A stretch of 64,000 nt of DNA, taken from Mobula hypostoma (Eukaryota). A program made the position numbers and the translations under genes. Every line of letters begins with the position of its first letter. Position 1 is the stretch's first letter. The notes beneath the pieces were generated by a model. That model had not been told where the DNA came from. It searched no databases and was given only the letters and a program-made list of their open reading frames with translations. Shown here piece by piece: positions 52,045 to 64,000 of this stretch. The stretch is from positions 55,492,001 through 55,556,000 of the forward strand of contig NC_086097.1 of NCBI RefSeq assembly GCF_963921235.1. The letters are read 5' to 3'.

Positions 52045-53760
52045 GAATCCGAATCAGGCTTAATATCACTGATATATGTCAATATGTCACAAAATTTGCT
52101 GTTTTGTGGCAGCAGTACATTGCAATACACAATAACACAAAAACTATAAACTTTAATTATATGTATAAAATATATATATAAATAATTAAATATATAGTGC
52201 AAAAAGAGAAGAAAAGAGAAAAAACAAAACAAAAAGCATACATGAGTCTATTCAGAAATGAGATGGTGGAGGGGAAGAAGCTGTTCCTAAAACGCTGAGT
52301 GTGCGTCATCAGGCTCCTGTACTCCTGATTGATAGGAGCAATGAGAAGAAGCCGTGTCCTGATTGATGCAGATCCTTAACAGTGGATGCCACTTTCTTGA
52401 TGCATTGCTTTTTGAAGATGGAGCTGGCTGAGGTTACAAATTTCTGCAGCTTTTTCTGGTCCTGTGCAGTGGCCCCTCCATTCCAGATGGTGATACATCC
52501 AGTTAAGAATGCTCTTCATAGTATGTCTGTAGAAATTTGTTTGAGTCTTTGGTGACATATCAAGTCTCCTCAAAACTCCTAATGAAATATAGCCGCTGTC
52601 GCGCCACTTTAATAATTACGTCAATATGTTGGGCTCAGGATAAGATCAATCTCAGAGATGTTGACACCCAGGATTTTGAAACTGCTCATCTTCTGATCCC
52701 TCAACACTGACTGGTGTGTGTTCCCTTGACTTCCCCTTCCTGAAGTCCAAAATCACTCCCTTGGTCCTACTGACGTTGAGTGCAAGGTTGTTGATGCAGC
52801 ACCACTCATTCAATAGATTTATCTCATTGCTGTGTGCCTCCCTGTCACCATCTGAAATTCTGCCAGCCATAGTTGTGTTATTGGCATATGAGCTGTGGTG
52901 GTATTTGAGCTGTGCCTGGCCACACAGTCATCGGTGTAGAGAGAGTAGAGCCATGGGCTAAGCACCCATTCTTGAGGTGCGCCAGTGTTCATTGTCAATG
53001 AGGAGATGTTATTTCTGATCCCCACTGACTGCGGTCTCTCAGTGAGAAAGTCAAGGATCCAGGTACAGAGGGAGGTACAGGGGCCTAGTATTTAAAGCTT
53101 GTTGATTAGTAATGAGGATATAATGGTGCTAAACGGTGAGCTGCATGATGGTGAGGAACATAGCTTCATTTGGTTGTATATATGTAGTCAAATGACAATA
53201 AAACTGAACTTGAACTGTAATCAGTAAACACCAGCCTCGTGTAGTTGTTGCTATTGTCCAGGTGATCTAAGGCTGAGTGGAGAGCCAGTGAGATTGCATC
53301 TGCTGTAGACCTATTGTGGCGATTGGGAAATTGCAGGTCCATGATCAGGCAGGAGTTAATTCTGTCTGTGGTCAACCTCTCAAAGCACTTCCTCACAGTA
53401 GATGTGAGTGCCACTGGGCAATAGTTACTGAGGTAGCTCACTCTGCTCTTCTTGACATTGGTATGATTGTCAGCCTTTTGCAGCAGGTGGGAACTCTAAA
53501 TGCAGCAATGAGAGATTGAAGATGTCCTTGACCAGTTGGTTGGCACAGGTTTTCAGTGCCCTACCAGGTACACCATCAGGGCCTGGTGCCTTGCAAGGCT
53601 TCATCCTCATGAAAGATGTCTGGACGTTGACCTCTGAGACAGAAATTACAGGGTCACCAGATGCTGCAGGGATTAGCATAGATACAGTTTTATTCTCCAT
53701 TTCAAAGTCTGCATAAAAGGGATCGAGCTAATTTGGAAGTGAAGTGTCATGATGTTTGGT
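52045..53760 (-). mobile_element. Rex1/Babar-type LINE, degenerate RT to 3' end
   Basis: KAPGPDGVPGRALKTC, NYCPVALTSTVRKCFERL, RSTADAISLALH, NTGAPQ..VLSP.LYSLYT.DC, LALNVSRTK. Confidence 0.88.
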
Positions 53761-54119
53761 TTTATCTTGTAGAAAGTTAATCATTATTTAAAAGTGGAGC
53801 AGACTTAAAGGGACAACTGACATATACTTGCTCCAAATTTGTATGTTCCTATGATTAAGTTGGAGTGATTGTGGGTAAAACTAAAGATAAAACTTAATTG
53901 GAAAAAAATCTGCAAAGAAGCAAAGAGAAATTTCTTTCAACAAAGAAAATATCAGGCAAATAATTTAAATTAACTGACAAAGGAAAAACATCAGAGGTTC
54001 CACTTGTTAAAAGTATATTTAAGAAATAAGGAAGTCCTTCATCCTGTTAAAAATGATCTATATGTAGAGAGTGCTACATGGTTCTATCTGTAAAGAAGTC
54101 TGGAGTCTTCTCAGGTGCC

Positions 54120-54800
54120 AGTTCTGGCAGTCTTCATGGCAGCCAATAAACTATAGTCACACTGCAGTTTTGATGGTTTTGGAGTTGTCAAGTTGTCTGT
54201 GAAGCACTGTTTGAGAAGAGCGCCTTTGTTCGGTCCTTAAGAGATTTGAACTGATCTTTTTGATGCTGACATTTTGAGGCCATATTGAAAGAAATAATAA
54301 ATGGTTTAGGCAGTGGTTAGTCCAATAATCAATAGTGTCATTCATAGTACAGGTCCCTCACTTAGACAACACGATCAAACAGGTGCCAGCTCTTTGATAG
54401 GGCGTGGCAAAATTAAATGTTCATCATGTCAAGCCTAGCTCCAAGCATTTTGTCAAGAAAAGGATCTCATTGGAATTGCTCTTTCCTATTGTTTTTCCAT
54501 GCTGATCACACTTTATTAGAGCACTGAGTTCCTCCCCATTCTGGCATTGAAGTCAGACAAGATGATTAGTTTCTCCATTTTTGCATGGTGAGCAGGGTTT
54601 TTCAAGGTTGGTGAAAAAGTCCTTCTTGGTGTTGTTGGAAACTTCAGGGTTGGGGTATATGCACTGATGAATGTAACATTTTACTTCTGTGTAAATGAGC
54701 TGGAGGGTATGAGGTGTTTGCTCATTCTACAGGGGAAATCTCTGCAGTGCTGGACCAGTTCATTCTTGATGGCAACAACCACACCTAACTCCCTATAAAC
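54120..54800 (-). mobile_element. Ancient RTE-like endonuclease relic
   Basis: Minus strand reads GVVVAIKNEL (about 54760-54788) and TFISAYTPT (about 54648-54675). Confidence 0.5.
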
Positions 54801-55789
54801 CTCATTCTTTTCCTATTCCTTAATACATTTGGTTTTTAAAAATCTAACAATTTCTGATTTCCAGTCAATCATTGATCTAGTACCAATTTCATTTGTTGGT
54901 TCAAAACATCTACCACTTATTGCACTAAGATATGCTCCTTGTCTTCACTTCTGGAAGGCTGGGTTCTAATTTTTAGACTTGATTCTCTTGTATTATACTC
55001 CTCGGCCAGTAGAAATAGTTTTTATTTTTCTGCATCCACCCTAGGGGCTCCTAATAATATCTCTAAAACTTCAAACTAATCCTCAGCTTTTAAATTTCAT
55101 GGAATGCAATTGCAGTTCATGCAATTGAGTTATAACCCTTACTGTCCAAATAATATAGTGATAAATCTCTGTCTCAAATCATCCAAGGCCAATATAACCT
55201 CACAAAGGTGTGGTACCAGGAACAACTGACAGTAGTCAAGCTATAGACCAACAGGATCTTGTGAAATTGTGGCAAAACCTCTACGATCTTTCACTTCAAT
55301 GCTCCACATTTAAAGCAGACTGATGTATCGAAGCCTTTATTTTCTATAGCAGACTACCTCAACGATCTGTATAAATATTGCACACCTTAACCTCTTAATA
55401 ACCATCCACATACCCCACCCGCACCCCTCCAAAAAATCTCTGTTCAAAGTGGATTCACATTGTGTTCATTGAGATCTGTTTGCCAATTTTTTTCTCGTTT
55501 GCAATATCCATTTTGATTTCACTGTCACACTGTTTAGGACTTCAGGGATCAGGAGTCCTTAGAATGGAAGATTTTGTAAGGCCCTTCATCATGTGCTAGG
55601 CAAAATGTAATAAAGGGAAATCCAGGAATTATAGAGTAGTTAGACTAAAACGTCGTTGGAAAACAACCTATGTGAAATATTTTTCAATGGGAAACATGCA
55701 GATCTGGTAGTGGGAGATTAGTAAGTTTGGCTATATAGGAAGGTTTTTAAGAGGTTCTTTTAAAATAAGAGCTGAAGATAACAAAGAGC

Positions 55790-58771
55790 AGTAATAGGGG
55801 ACTCTATAGTCTAGGGGACAGGTAGGTGATTCTGTGGACACAAAAACTAAACACGGATGGTAATTTGCTGTCCAGGTGCCAGGGTCTGAGATGTTTCTGG
55901 AATCATCCACAATATCCTGAAAAGAGAGGGTGAGCAGCCAGAGAGGTACATATTGGTACCAATGACATAGGAAGAAAAAGGGAGGCGGTCCTGAAAAAGA
56001 ATTTAGGGAATTAGGAAGGAAGAAAGCTGAGAAGCAGCACCTCAAAGGTAGTAATCTCAGGATTGCTGCCTGTGCCACATGACAGTGAGGTTAGGAATAG
56101 AATGAGGTGGTTGAAAATGTGTGGCTGAAGAATTAGAGCAGGGGGCAGGGATTCAGATTTCTGGATAATTGGAACCTCTTCTGGGGCAGGTGGGATCTTT
56201 ACAAAAGGGATGGGTTGTACTTGAATCCAAGGGGGACCAATATTTTTGAGGGCAGATTTACTAGAACTGTTGGGAGCGGTTTAAACTAATATGGCAGGGG
56301 GATGGGAACCAGGATGATCGAGCTGAGGATGATCCAGTAGGTTTATAAGTAGATGATGGGTATTAACATGAATGTAAGGAAGGACAAGCCAATGATTGGA
56401 TACAAATGCGGACAGAGCAAAGAGTTAAATTGTACCACGGAGGCAAAATTCAAAAGAGCAAAGAATGCAGGACTGAAGGTGTTGTATTTAAATGTGCGTA
56501 ATATTCAGAATAAGGTGGACGAACTTGTGACGCAATTAGAGATGTTGTAGGCGTCACTGAGTTCTGGCTGAAAGAAAGCCATAATTGGGAGCTTAACTTC
56601 AAAGGATATGCTTTGTATTGAAAGGATAGGCAGGAAGGCATAGGTGGTGGTGTGGCTCTGTAGGGAAGAGGTGGAACTATATTTTTAGAAAGAGATGACA
56701 TAGGGTCAGAGAATGTTAAATCTTTGTGGGAGGAGTCAAGAAATTGCATGGGTAAAAAAACCATTATGGGAATCATATATAGCCCTCCACATGATAGCCA
56801 AGATATGTGGTTGAGATTGCAAAGGGAGCTGGAAAAGGCATGTAATAAGGGTAATGACACAATTGTAATGGGGGACTTTAATATGCAAGGGGATTGGGGA
56901 AATCAGGTTGGTGTTGGATCGCAAGAGAAGGAACTTGTTGAATGTCTACAAGATCACTTTTTAGAGCAGCTTGTGCTTGAGCCTACTCAGGGAAAGGCTA
57001 TCTTAGATTGGGTGTTGTGTAATAACCCAGATCTTATTAGGGAGCTTAACGTAAAGGAACTCTTAGGAGGCAGTGATCATAATATGATTGAATTTGAGAG
57101 GGAGAAACATAACTCACATGTATCTGTACCGCAGTGGAATAAAGGGAATTACAGAGGTATGAGAGAGGAGGTTGCCCAGCTGGATTGGAGGAGGAGACTG
57201 GCAGGGATGACAGTAGAGCAGAGATGGCTGAAGTTTCTGGAAATAGTTCACAAGGCACAGGATAGATATGTCCCACTGAGGACGAAGTTCTCAAATGGCA
57301 GGGGTAGGCAACCATAGCTGACAAAGGAAGTTAAGGAGTGTATAAAAGCCAGGCGTATAAAGCAGCAAAAGTGAATGGGAAGTTAAATGATTGGGAAGCT
57401 TTTAAAATCCAACAAAAGGCAACTAAAAAAGTTATAAGAAGGGAAAAGATGAGATATGAAGGTAAGCCAGCCAGTAATATTAAGCAGGATACCTAAAGTT
57501 TTGTTAGTTATATGAAGAGCAAAAAGGAGGTGAGGGTTTATATTGGACCACTGGAAAATGCTGCTGGTGAGGTAGTAATGGGGGATAAAGAAATGGTAGA
57601 TGACCTTAATGGGTACTTTGCCTCTGTCTTCACTGTAGAAGACACTAGCAGTGTACCACAGGTCTGTGAGTGTCAGGAAGCAGGAGTAAGTGCCATTGCT
57701 ATTACAAAGAAAAAAGTGCTAGGCAAACTCAAAGGTCTTAAGGTGGATAAGTCACCTGGACAAGATGGACTACATCCTAGAGTCCTGAGAGAGGTTGCTG
57801 AAGAGATAACGAATGCATTTGTCCTGACCTTTCAAGAATCACTTGATTCAGGTATGGTCCCGGAGCACTGGAAGATTGCAAATGTCACTCCACTCTTTAA
57901 GAAGGGAGGAAGGCAAAAGAAAGGAAGTTATTGGCCAGTTAGCTGAACCTCAGTGGTTGGGAATGTTTGAAGTCTATTATTATGTCATTTCAAGGTACTT
58001 GGAGACAAATGTTAAAATAAGTCAAAGTCAGCGTGGTTTCTGTAAACGGAAACCTTGCCTGACAAATCTGTTAAAGTTCTTCGTGGAAGTAACAAGCAGG
58101 GTGGACAAAGGAGAGGCAGTGGATGTCATTTATTTGAATTTTCAGAAGACATTTGTTAAGGTGCCACACATGAGGCTGCTTAACAAGATAAAATCCTATG
58201 GTGTTACAGGAAAGATATTGGCATGGATAGCAGAATGGCTGACAGGCAGGAGGCAGCCAGTGGGAATAGAAGGGGCCTTTTCTGGTTGGCTGCCAGTGAC
58301 TAGTGGTGTTCCTCAGAGATCATTATTTGGACCGCTACTTTTCACATAGTTTGTCAATGATTTAGATAGTGGAATTGATGGTGTTGTGGCAAAGTTTGCA
58401 GATGATATGAAAATACGTGGACAGGTAGATAGTGCTGAGGAAGCAATGCAATTACAGCAGGACTTAGACAAATTGGAAGATTGGGCAGATGGAATATGTG
58501 TTGGGAAATGTATGATAATGCATTTTGGTAAAAGGAACAACAGTGAGGATTATTATCTAAGCGGGGAGAAGGTTCAAGCATCAGAGGTGCAGAGGCACTT
58601 AGGAGTCCTCATGCAAGACTCCCAGAAGATTAATTAATTTACAGGTTGAGTCTATGGTAAAGAAGGCAAATGCAATGTTAGTTCTTATTTCAAGGGGAAT
58701 AGAATATAAAATCAATGAGATAATGCTGAGCCTTTATAAGACATTAGTCAGGCCACACTTAGAGTATTGTC
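55790..58771 (+). mobile_element. CR1 LINE (ORF1 esterase, ORF2), 5' part; split by the HERO/Penelope insertion
   Basis: Degenerate esterase, then ORFs 56353-56550 (LYLNVRNI), 56724-57317, 57512-57946, 57843-58349, 58386-58637 (KFADD), ending at RPHLEYC. Confidence 0.92.
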
Positions 58772-61700
58772 GCTGTGTACATACATCTATTGATGCTTCT
58801 GGACACACCTTCAGTGAAGTTCCTGGAATCATTGGGTGTTTCGGGTCTTCCAACATCATACAACCTCCTCCAGGTGACCCAGCCGGGGCTGATCAGACCC
58901 CAGCTTGTGTCCAGATGGCTAGCTGCTTATGACTCCATGGCTCCCCTCTTTTGAGCCACAGCCATCTTGAGGCCCTCTCTGCCGCATCGGTGGTACTGCG
59001 GATGGCTCTCCTCTTCCTCTCTCCCTCGATGCCCAAAATGCTAAAGGCTCTAACTAAAGAATGGGCTATGAATCCCCTACAACCAACCTCCACTGGGAGA
59101 CATCTCGCTCTCCATCCAGCCTGCTGACAGATGCTGACCAGTCCTGCGTACTTGGAGAGCTTCCTTTCAAAGGCCTCTTCCAAGCTATCTTCCCATGGGA
59201 CTGTCAGCTCCAGCAGGACCACTTGCTTAGTCGACTCAGACACTGGGACAATGTCTGGTCGCGGGGTGGTGGCTGCGATATGGTTGGGGAACTTCAGCTG
59301 CCCTTCGAGGTCCACCAACAGCTGCCAGTCCCTTGCAGAGGTCAGGATGCCTGCAGATGTTCTTTTGGCAGGTATTGGCTGCTCCCCAGCTCTGACAAAG
59401 GCAATGGTCTGCTTGGAGGGTCGGGACGACTTCGCCCACTCAACTCCTGCGCTGACGGCTTCAGCGATGGTCTTCAGGACCTGATCATGCCTCCACCTGT
59501 ACCGTCCCTCACCAAGTGCCCTTGCGCAGCCGCTGAGGATGTGCTCCAGGGTTCCTCGCTTGGAGCACAGTGGGCACGCAGATGACTCTGCCTTGCCCCA
59601 TGTGTGCAGGTTTGATGGGCTTGGAAGCACATCGTCCACTGCCTGGATGAGAAATTGAATGCGGCGTGGTTCGGCTTTCCAAAGATCAGCCCAGGTCACT
59701 TTCCTCTCAACCGCATTCTCCCATCTTGTCCAACCCTGTTGCTTCATTCCCACCGCCTTGCAGGCTCTCATCTCCTCCACTACTGCTGTCACCTCCTCCT
59801 GAACTAGACGACGCCTTTCCTTCCCTCTGGTGTCCATTTGGGGAATTGGAAAGGATCCTAGCCCAGCTCGGCCTCGTGTGACCACTCCCACCAGCCTCCT
59901 ATGACGCAGCCGTGCCTCTGACTCCTGAACAGCTTCCTCTGCCCTCCACTTCCTACCAGTACTTACTTGGATCCCTGCTCTAGCCACCTTCGGGTCACTT
60001 GAGTCCCTATACTGTAGCACTTCTCTGGCTCTTGTTACCTTGAATTCTTCCTCCAAGGATTTGAAGGGCAGTTGCAGTTTGTTGTGGTGTCCATAGAGTG
60101 CGATGCTGCTCAGGCTCTTTGGCAGCCCCAACCATCTCCTGAGGTGGTTGCTAACCCTCCTCTCTAAGGTTTCGACTGTCGAGATTGGAACTGCATAGAC
60201 GAGGAGGGGCCACAGGATTCTGGGAAGAATGCCATACTGATACACCCAGGCTTTAAACTTCCCAAGTAGGCCAGACTTGTCCACAGATTACAGCCAGCCA
60301 TCCAACTCGGTGCATGTTGCCTGAATGGATGTTGTGTCCCTTAAAGAGCTGTCAAAAACTTTGCCTAAGCTCTTGACTGGCTTTTCTGTGATGGTTGGGA
60401 TGGCTGTGCCTGCGATGCTGAACCGGAACTTGTTCTCCACCTTCCCTTTCCTCAGCACCATCCATCTTGATTTGGCAGGTTTGAACCACATTCGGGCCCA
60501 CTCCACCAGCTTTTCGAGCCCTTGCAGAATCCCCCGGCAGCCTGGGACTGATTCTGTGGTGACTGTGAGGTCATCCATGAATGCCCTGATAGGTGGTTGC
60601 CATTGAGCGGAATTCATTCTGGGTCCTCTGCACTCTAGTTCAGCAGACTTAGTGAGCATGTTCATGGCTAGGGAGAACAGTGTCACTGAGATAGTGCACC
60701 CTGAAATGATGCCCATCTCCACCTTGTGCCAGGTTGATGTAATTTCTCCTGAAGAGACCCTCATCCTGAAGTTGCTGTAATAATCAGCGATAAGGTCTCT
60801 GATTCTGCTGGGGACGTGATATTTGGTCAGAGTGAGCTGCACCAGCTCGTGCGGAATGGAGCCATATGCATTTGCCAGGTTGAGACACAACACTGACAGG
60901 TTGCCCTTGTTCTCTCTGGCCTCCCTGATGAGCTGTGTCACCACACCGATGTGCTCCAGACAGCCCAGCATCCCTGAAATGCCACCCTTCTGGACTGATG
61001 TATCAATATAGGTGTTCTTTGCTAGGTAGGTGCACAGCCGGTTAGAAACTTCACTGAAGAAGATCTTTGCCTCGACACACAGCAGGGAGATGATGCGACA
61101 CTGATCTATCTGGGTGGCGTTTTCCTCCTTCGGGATCCACACCCCTTCAGCCACTCTCCACTGTTCTGGGAATTTCCCCCTTCTCCAGAAGGTTCTCAGG
61201 ATCTTCCACAGATGCAGCAGGAGTTTGGGGCAGTTCTTGTACACTGTATACGAGGTGTTGCTTGGTCCTGGAGCCGAGCTTGCCCTTGCTTTGCGGACAA
61301 CCTCTCTGACTTCCTTTAGTTGCAGCTCTGACATGTCGAACTGCACATCCGGTTCAGGTGGGTCTATTGGGATGTCGCACTCTCCCAACTCCTGCTCTCT
61401 TTCAGGATCATTATATATCTTCCTCAGATGTTGGTCTATGTCTTCCTGCGAACAGGCCAGTTTCCCACTGCGCTTCTCCCCCAGCAACTCCTTGGTGAAC
61501 TTGAAGGGGTTGGTGATAAAGGCAGCACGTTTTCGAGCCCTTTCACGACGCCGCCTCCAATGCCACTCTGCCTGGCGGAGGACCCTGATCTTCTTTCGTA
61601 GTATGCACATCAGCTGGGCCAAGCCAATGCGCTCCTCTTCTCCTGCCTCCTTGTATTGGGACTTCAGCGCTTTCATCTCCTGCCTGATGTTGTGGATCCT

Positions 61701-61960
61701 CAATGCTCTTTGGTTCTTCGAGTAAGATGTTTTGGAGCCTTCCTTCTCCTCTTCTCCGAACCGTTCAGCGGCGATACTGACAATCATTGTTGTCATGGCT
61801 TGCAGCTTCCTATCAACCCCTCCCTTCACTGTTGCCTCCAGAATTTGGTTAACATCTTCATCAATCTGCTTCCACAGTGAAGTCATGTTAGCTGCAGGCC
61901 ATTTGATCCACCTCCTGTTAGACTTCATGTTAGAGGGATTAGTTTGCAACGCTTGGAGTC
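58772..61960 (-). mobile_element. HERO-like non-LTR retrotransposon (RT + restriction-like endonuclease), 5'-truncated
   Basis: ORFs 60288-61949 and 58893-60284 share one frame, separated by one TAA. RT motifs APGPS, LNLANAYGSIPH, IRAFMDDLTV; CCHC CPLC...EHILSGC; RWRHDQVL; RPDIV...LLELTVPWE; PVEVGCRG. RLE superfamily is secure; the HERO clade call is by motif recognition. Confidence 0.88.
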
Positions 61961-62883
61961 ACACACATCAAAGTTGCTGGTGAACGCAGCAGGCCAGGCA
62001 GCATCTCTAGGAAGAGGTGCAGTCGACGTTTCGGGCCGAGACCCTTCGTCAGGACTAACTGAAGGAAGAGCTCGTAAGAGATTTGAAAGTGGGAGGGGGA
62101 GGGGGAGATCCAAAATGATAGGAGAAGACAGGGGGGAGAGGGATGGAGCCAAGAGCTGGACAGGTGATTGTCCTTTTCCTTTTCCTTCTCCCTGGGTCTC
62201 CTGTCCCATGATCCTCTCATATCCCTTTTGCCAATCATTATATACACACATTCTTTCTCTCTCTCTCCTTTTTCTCCCTGTGTCCCTCTGACTATACCCC
62301 TTGCCCACCCTCTGGGTTCCCCCCGCCCCCTTTTCCTTCTCCCTGGGCCTCCTGTCCCATGATCCTCTCATATTCCTTTTGTCAATCACGATGCAGACTG
62401 GGAGATCGTTTTGCTGAACACCTATGCTCTGTCCGCCAGAGAAAGCAAGATCTCCCAGTGGCCACACATTTTAATTCCACATCCCATTCCCATTCTGATA
62501 TGTCTATCCACGGCCTCCTCTACTGTAAAGATGAAGCCACACTCAGGTTGGAGGAACAACACCTTATATTCCGTCTGGGTAGCCTCCAACCTGATGGCAT
62601 GAACATTGACTTCTCTAACTTCTGCTAATGCCCCACCTCCCCCTCGTATCCCATCCATTATTTATTTATATACACACATTCTTTCTCTCTCTCTCCTTTT
62701 TCTCCCTCTGTCCCTCTGACTATATCCCTTGCCCATCCTCTGGGTTTTTTCCCCCCCTCTCCCTTTTCCTTCTCCCTGGGCCTCCTGTCCCATGATCCTC
62801 TCGTATCCCTTTTGCCAAGCAGCGTTCACCAGCAACTTTGATGTGTTTTGCTTGAATTTCCAGCATCTGCAGAATCCCTTGTG
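61961..62883. mobile_element. Scrambled Penelope-like (Neptune-type) element 3' region
   Basis: GIY-YIG C-terminus RLGDRFAEH...VATHFN...LEEQHLIFRLGSLQPDGMN (62389-62628, +); inverted hammerhead-bearing segment 61961-62170; reiterated 3' UTR pieces. Confidence 0.88.
62021..62056 (-). ncRNA. Minimal type I hammerhead ribozyme motif
   Basis: AGUC-CUGACGA-A-GGGU(CUCG)GCCC-GAAAC-GUC-GACU; best-paired copy in the window. Confidence 0.82.
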
Positions 62884-63417
62884 TTAGAGTATCGTCAACA
62901 GTTTTGGGCCCCATATCTCAGAAAGGATGTGTTGTCATTGGAGCGAGTCCAGAGGAGGTTCACGAGGATGATTCTGGGAATGAAGGTATTAACATATGAG
63001 GAGATTTTGGCAGCTTTGGGCCTGTACTCACTGGAATTTAGAAGAATGTGTGGGAATTTCATTGAAATCTACTGAATGTTAGAAGGACAAGATAGGGTGG
63101 ATGTGGAGAGGATGTTTCCTCAGGTAGAGTATCCAGAACTAGAGGGCACAGCCTCAAAATTGAGGGTCGACCCTTTAGAACAGAGGTAAGGAGGAATTGT
63201 TTTAGCCAGAGAGTAATTAATCTGAGGAATACTCTGCCATAGACTGTGGTGGAGGCCAATTCCGTGCGCATATTTAAGGTGGAAGTCGATCGTTTCCTAA
63301 TTGGGTAACAGCATCAAAGGATATGGCAAGAAGGAAGGTGTATGGGGTTGAGTGGGACCCAGGATCAGCCATAATGGGCTGAATGGCCTAATTCTGCTCC
63401 TATGCCTTATGGTCTTA
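62884..63417 (+). mobile_element. CR1 3' part continuing from 58771
   Basis: LEYRQQFWAPYLRKDV resumes exactly where RPHLEYC stopped; tail TATGCCTTATGGTCTTA. Confidence 0.92.
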
Positions 63418-63467
63418 GAAGGATCTCTATATATTTTTAAAATAGCTCTCTCCTGGATTGAACTGCT

Positions 63468-64000
63468 TACATAGAATAGTACAGCACAGTGCAGGCCCTT
63501 CGGCCCACAATGTTGTGCCGACCCTCAAACCCTGCCTCCCATATAAGCCCCCACCTTAAATTCCTCCATATACCTGTCTAGTAGTCTCTTAAACTTCACT
63601 AGTGTATCTGCCTCCACCACTGACTCAGACAGTGCATTCCACGCACCAACCACTCTCTGAGTAAAAAACCTTCCTCTAATATCCCCCTTGAACTTCCCAC
63701 CCCTTACCTTAAAGCCATGTCCTCTTGTATTGAGCAGTGGTGCCCTGGAGAAGAGGCACTGGCTATCCACTCTATCTATTCCTCTTATTATCTTGTACAC
63801 CTCTATCATGTATCCTTTCATCCTCCTTCTCTCCAAAGAGTAAAGCCCTAGCTCCCTTAATCTCTGATCATAATGCATACTCTCTAAACCAGGCAGCATT
63901 CTGGTAAATTTCCTCTGTACCCTTCCAATGCTTCCACATCCTTCCTATAGTGAGGCGACCAGAACTGGACACAATATTCCTAGTGTGGCCCAAACAGAGT
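63468..64000 (-). mobile_element. CR1 3' end (runs off the window)
   Basis: ORF 63525-63899 LGLYSLERRR...TRGHGFKV...FFTQRVVGAWN. Confidence 0.92.

Noticed and set aside
34455..58770. Large inverted repeat between 34.5-36.3 kb and 57.4-58.8 kb
   Set aside because: Two independent copies of the same CR1 subfamily in opposite orientation, each with its own decay.
58820..58900. Hammerhead or HDV-like ribozyme in the HERO 3' UTR
   Set aside because: CTGATCA and GAAA are present but not in a valid core arrangement; HDV P3/P1.1 elements are not evident. Kept only as a possible pseudoknot.

Overview
Eukaryotic, AT-leaning, repeat-dominated DNA. The repeat mix (abundant CR1 LINEs with 8-bp microsatellite tails and esterase-type ORF1, Rex1/Babar, L2, RTE relics, V- and CORE-type SINEs, Neptune-type Penelope-like elements, Tc1) suggests a vertebrate, most likely a cartilaginous fish; that assignment is inference. 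I could not recognise any host protein-coding gene, only a few weak candidate exons. Nearly all long ORFs are transposon-derived. Main structures: (1) a Mag-like Gypsy LTR element (41669-49231, minus strand) with paired LTRs, PBS, PPT and a 5-bp TSD. It has lost protease and most of RT, and a CR1 inserted into its gag creates an in-frame Gag::CR1-ORF1 chimeric ORF. (2) A HERO-like RLE non-LTR element joined head-to-head to a scrambled Penelope-like element inside a single 13-bp TSD (58772-62883). (3) Many Penelope-derived short elements with minimal hammerhead ribozyme motifs, including an exact head-to-tail hammerhead dimer at 20885-20998. (4) A 103-bp tandem array at 5414-5784. Element boundaries without a TSD or tail are approximate.
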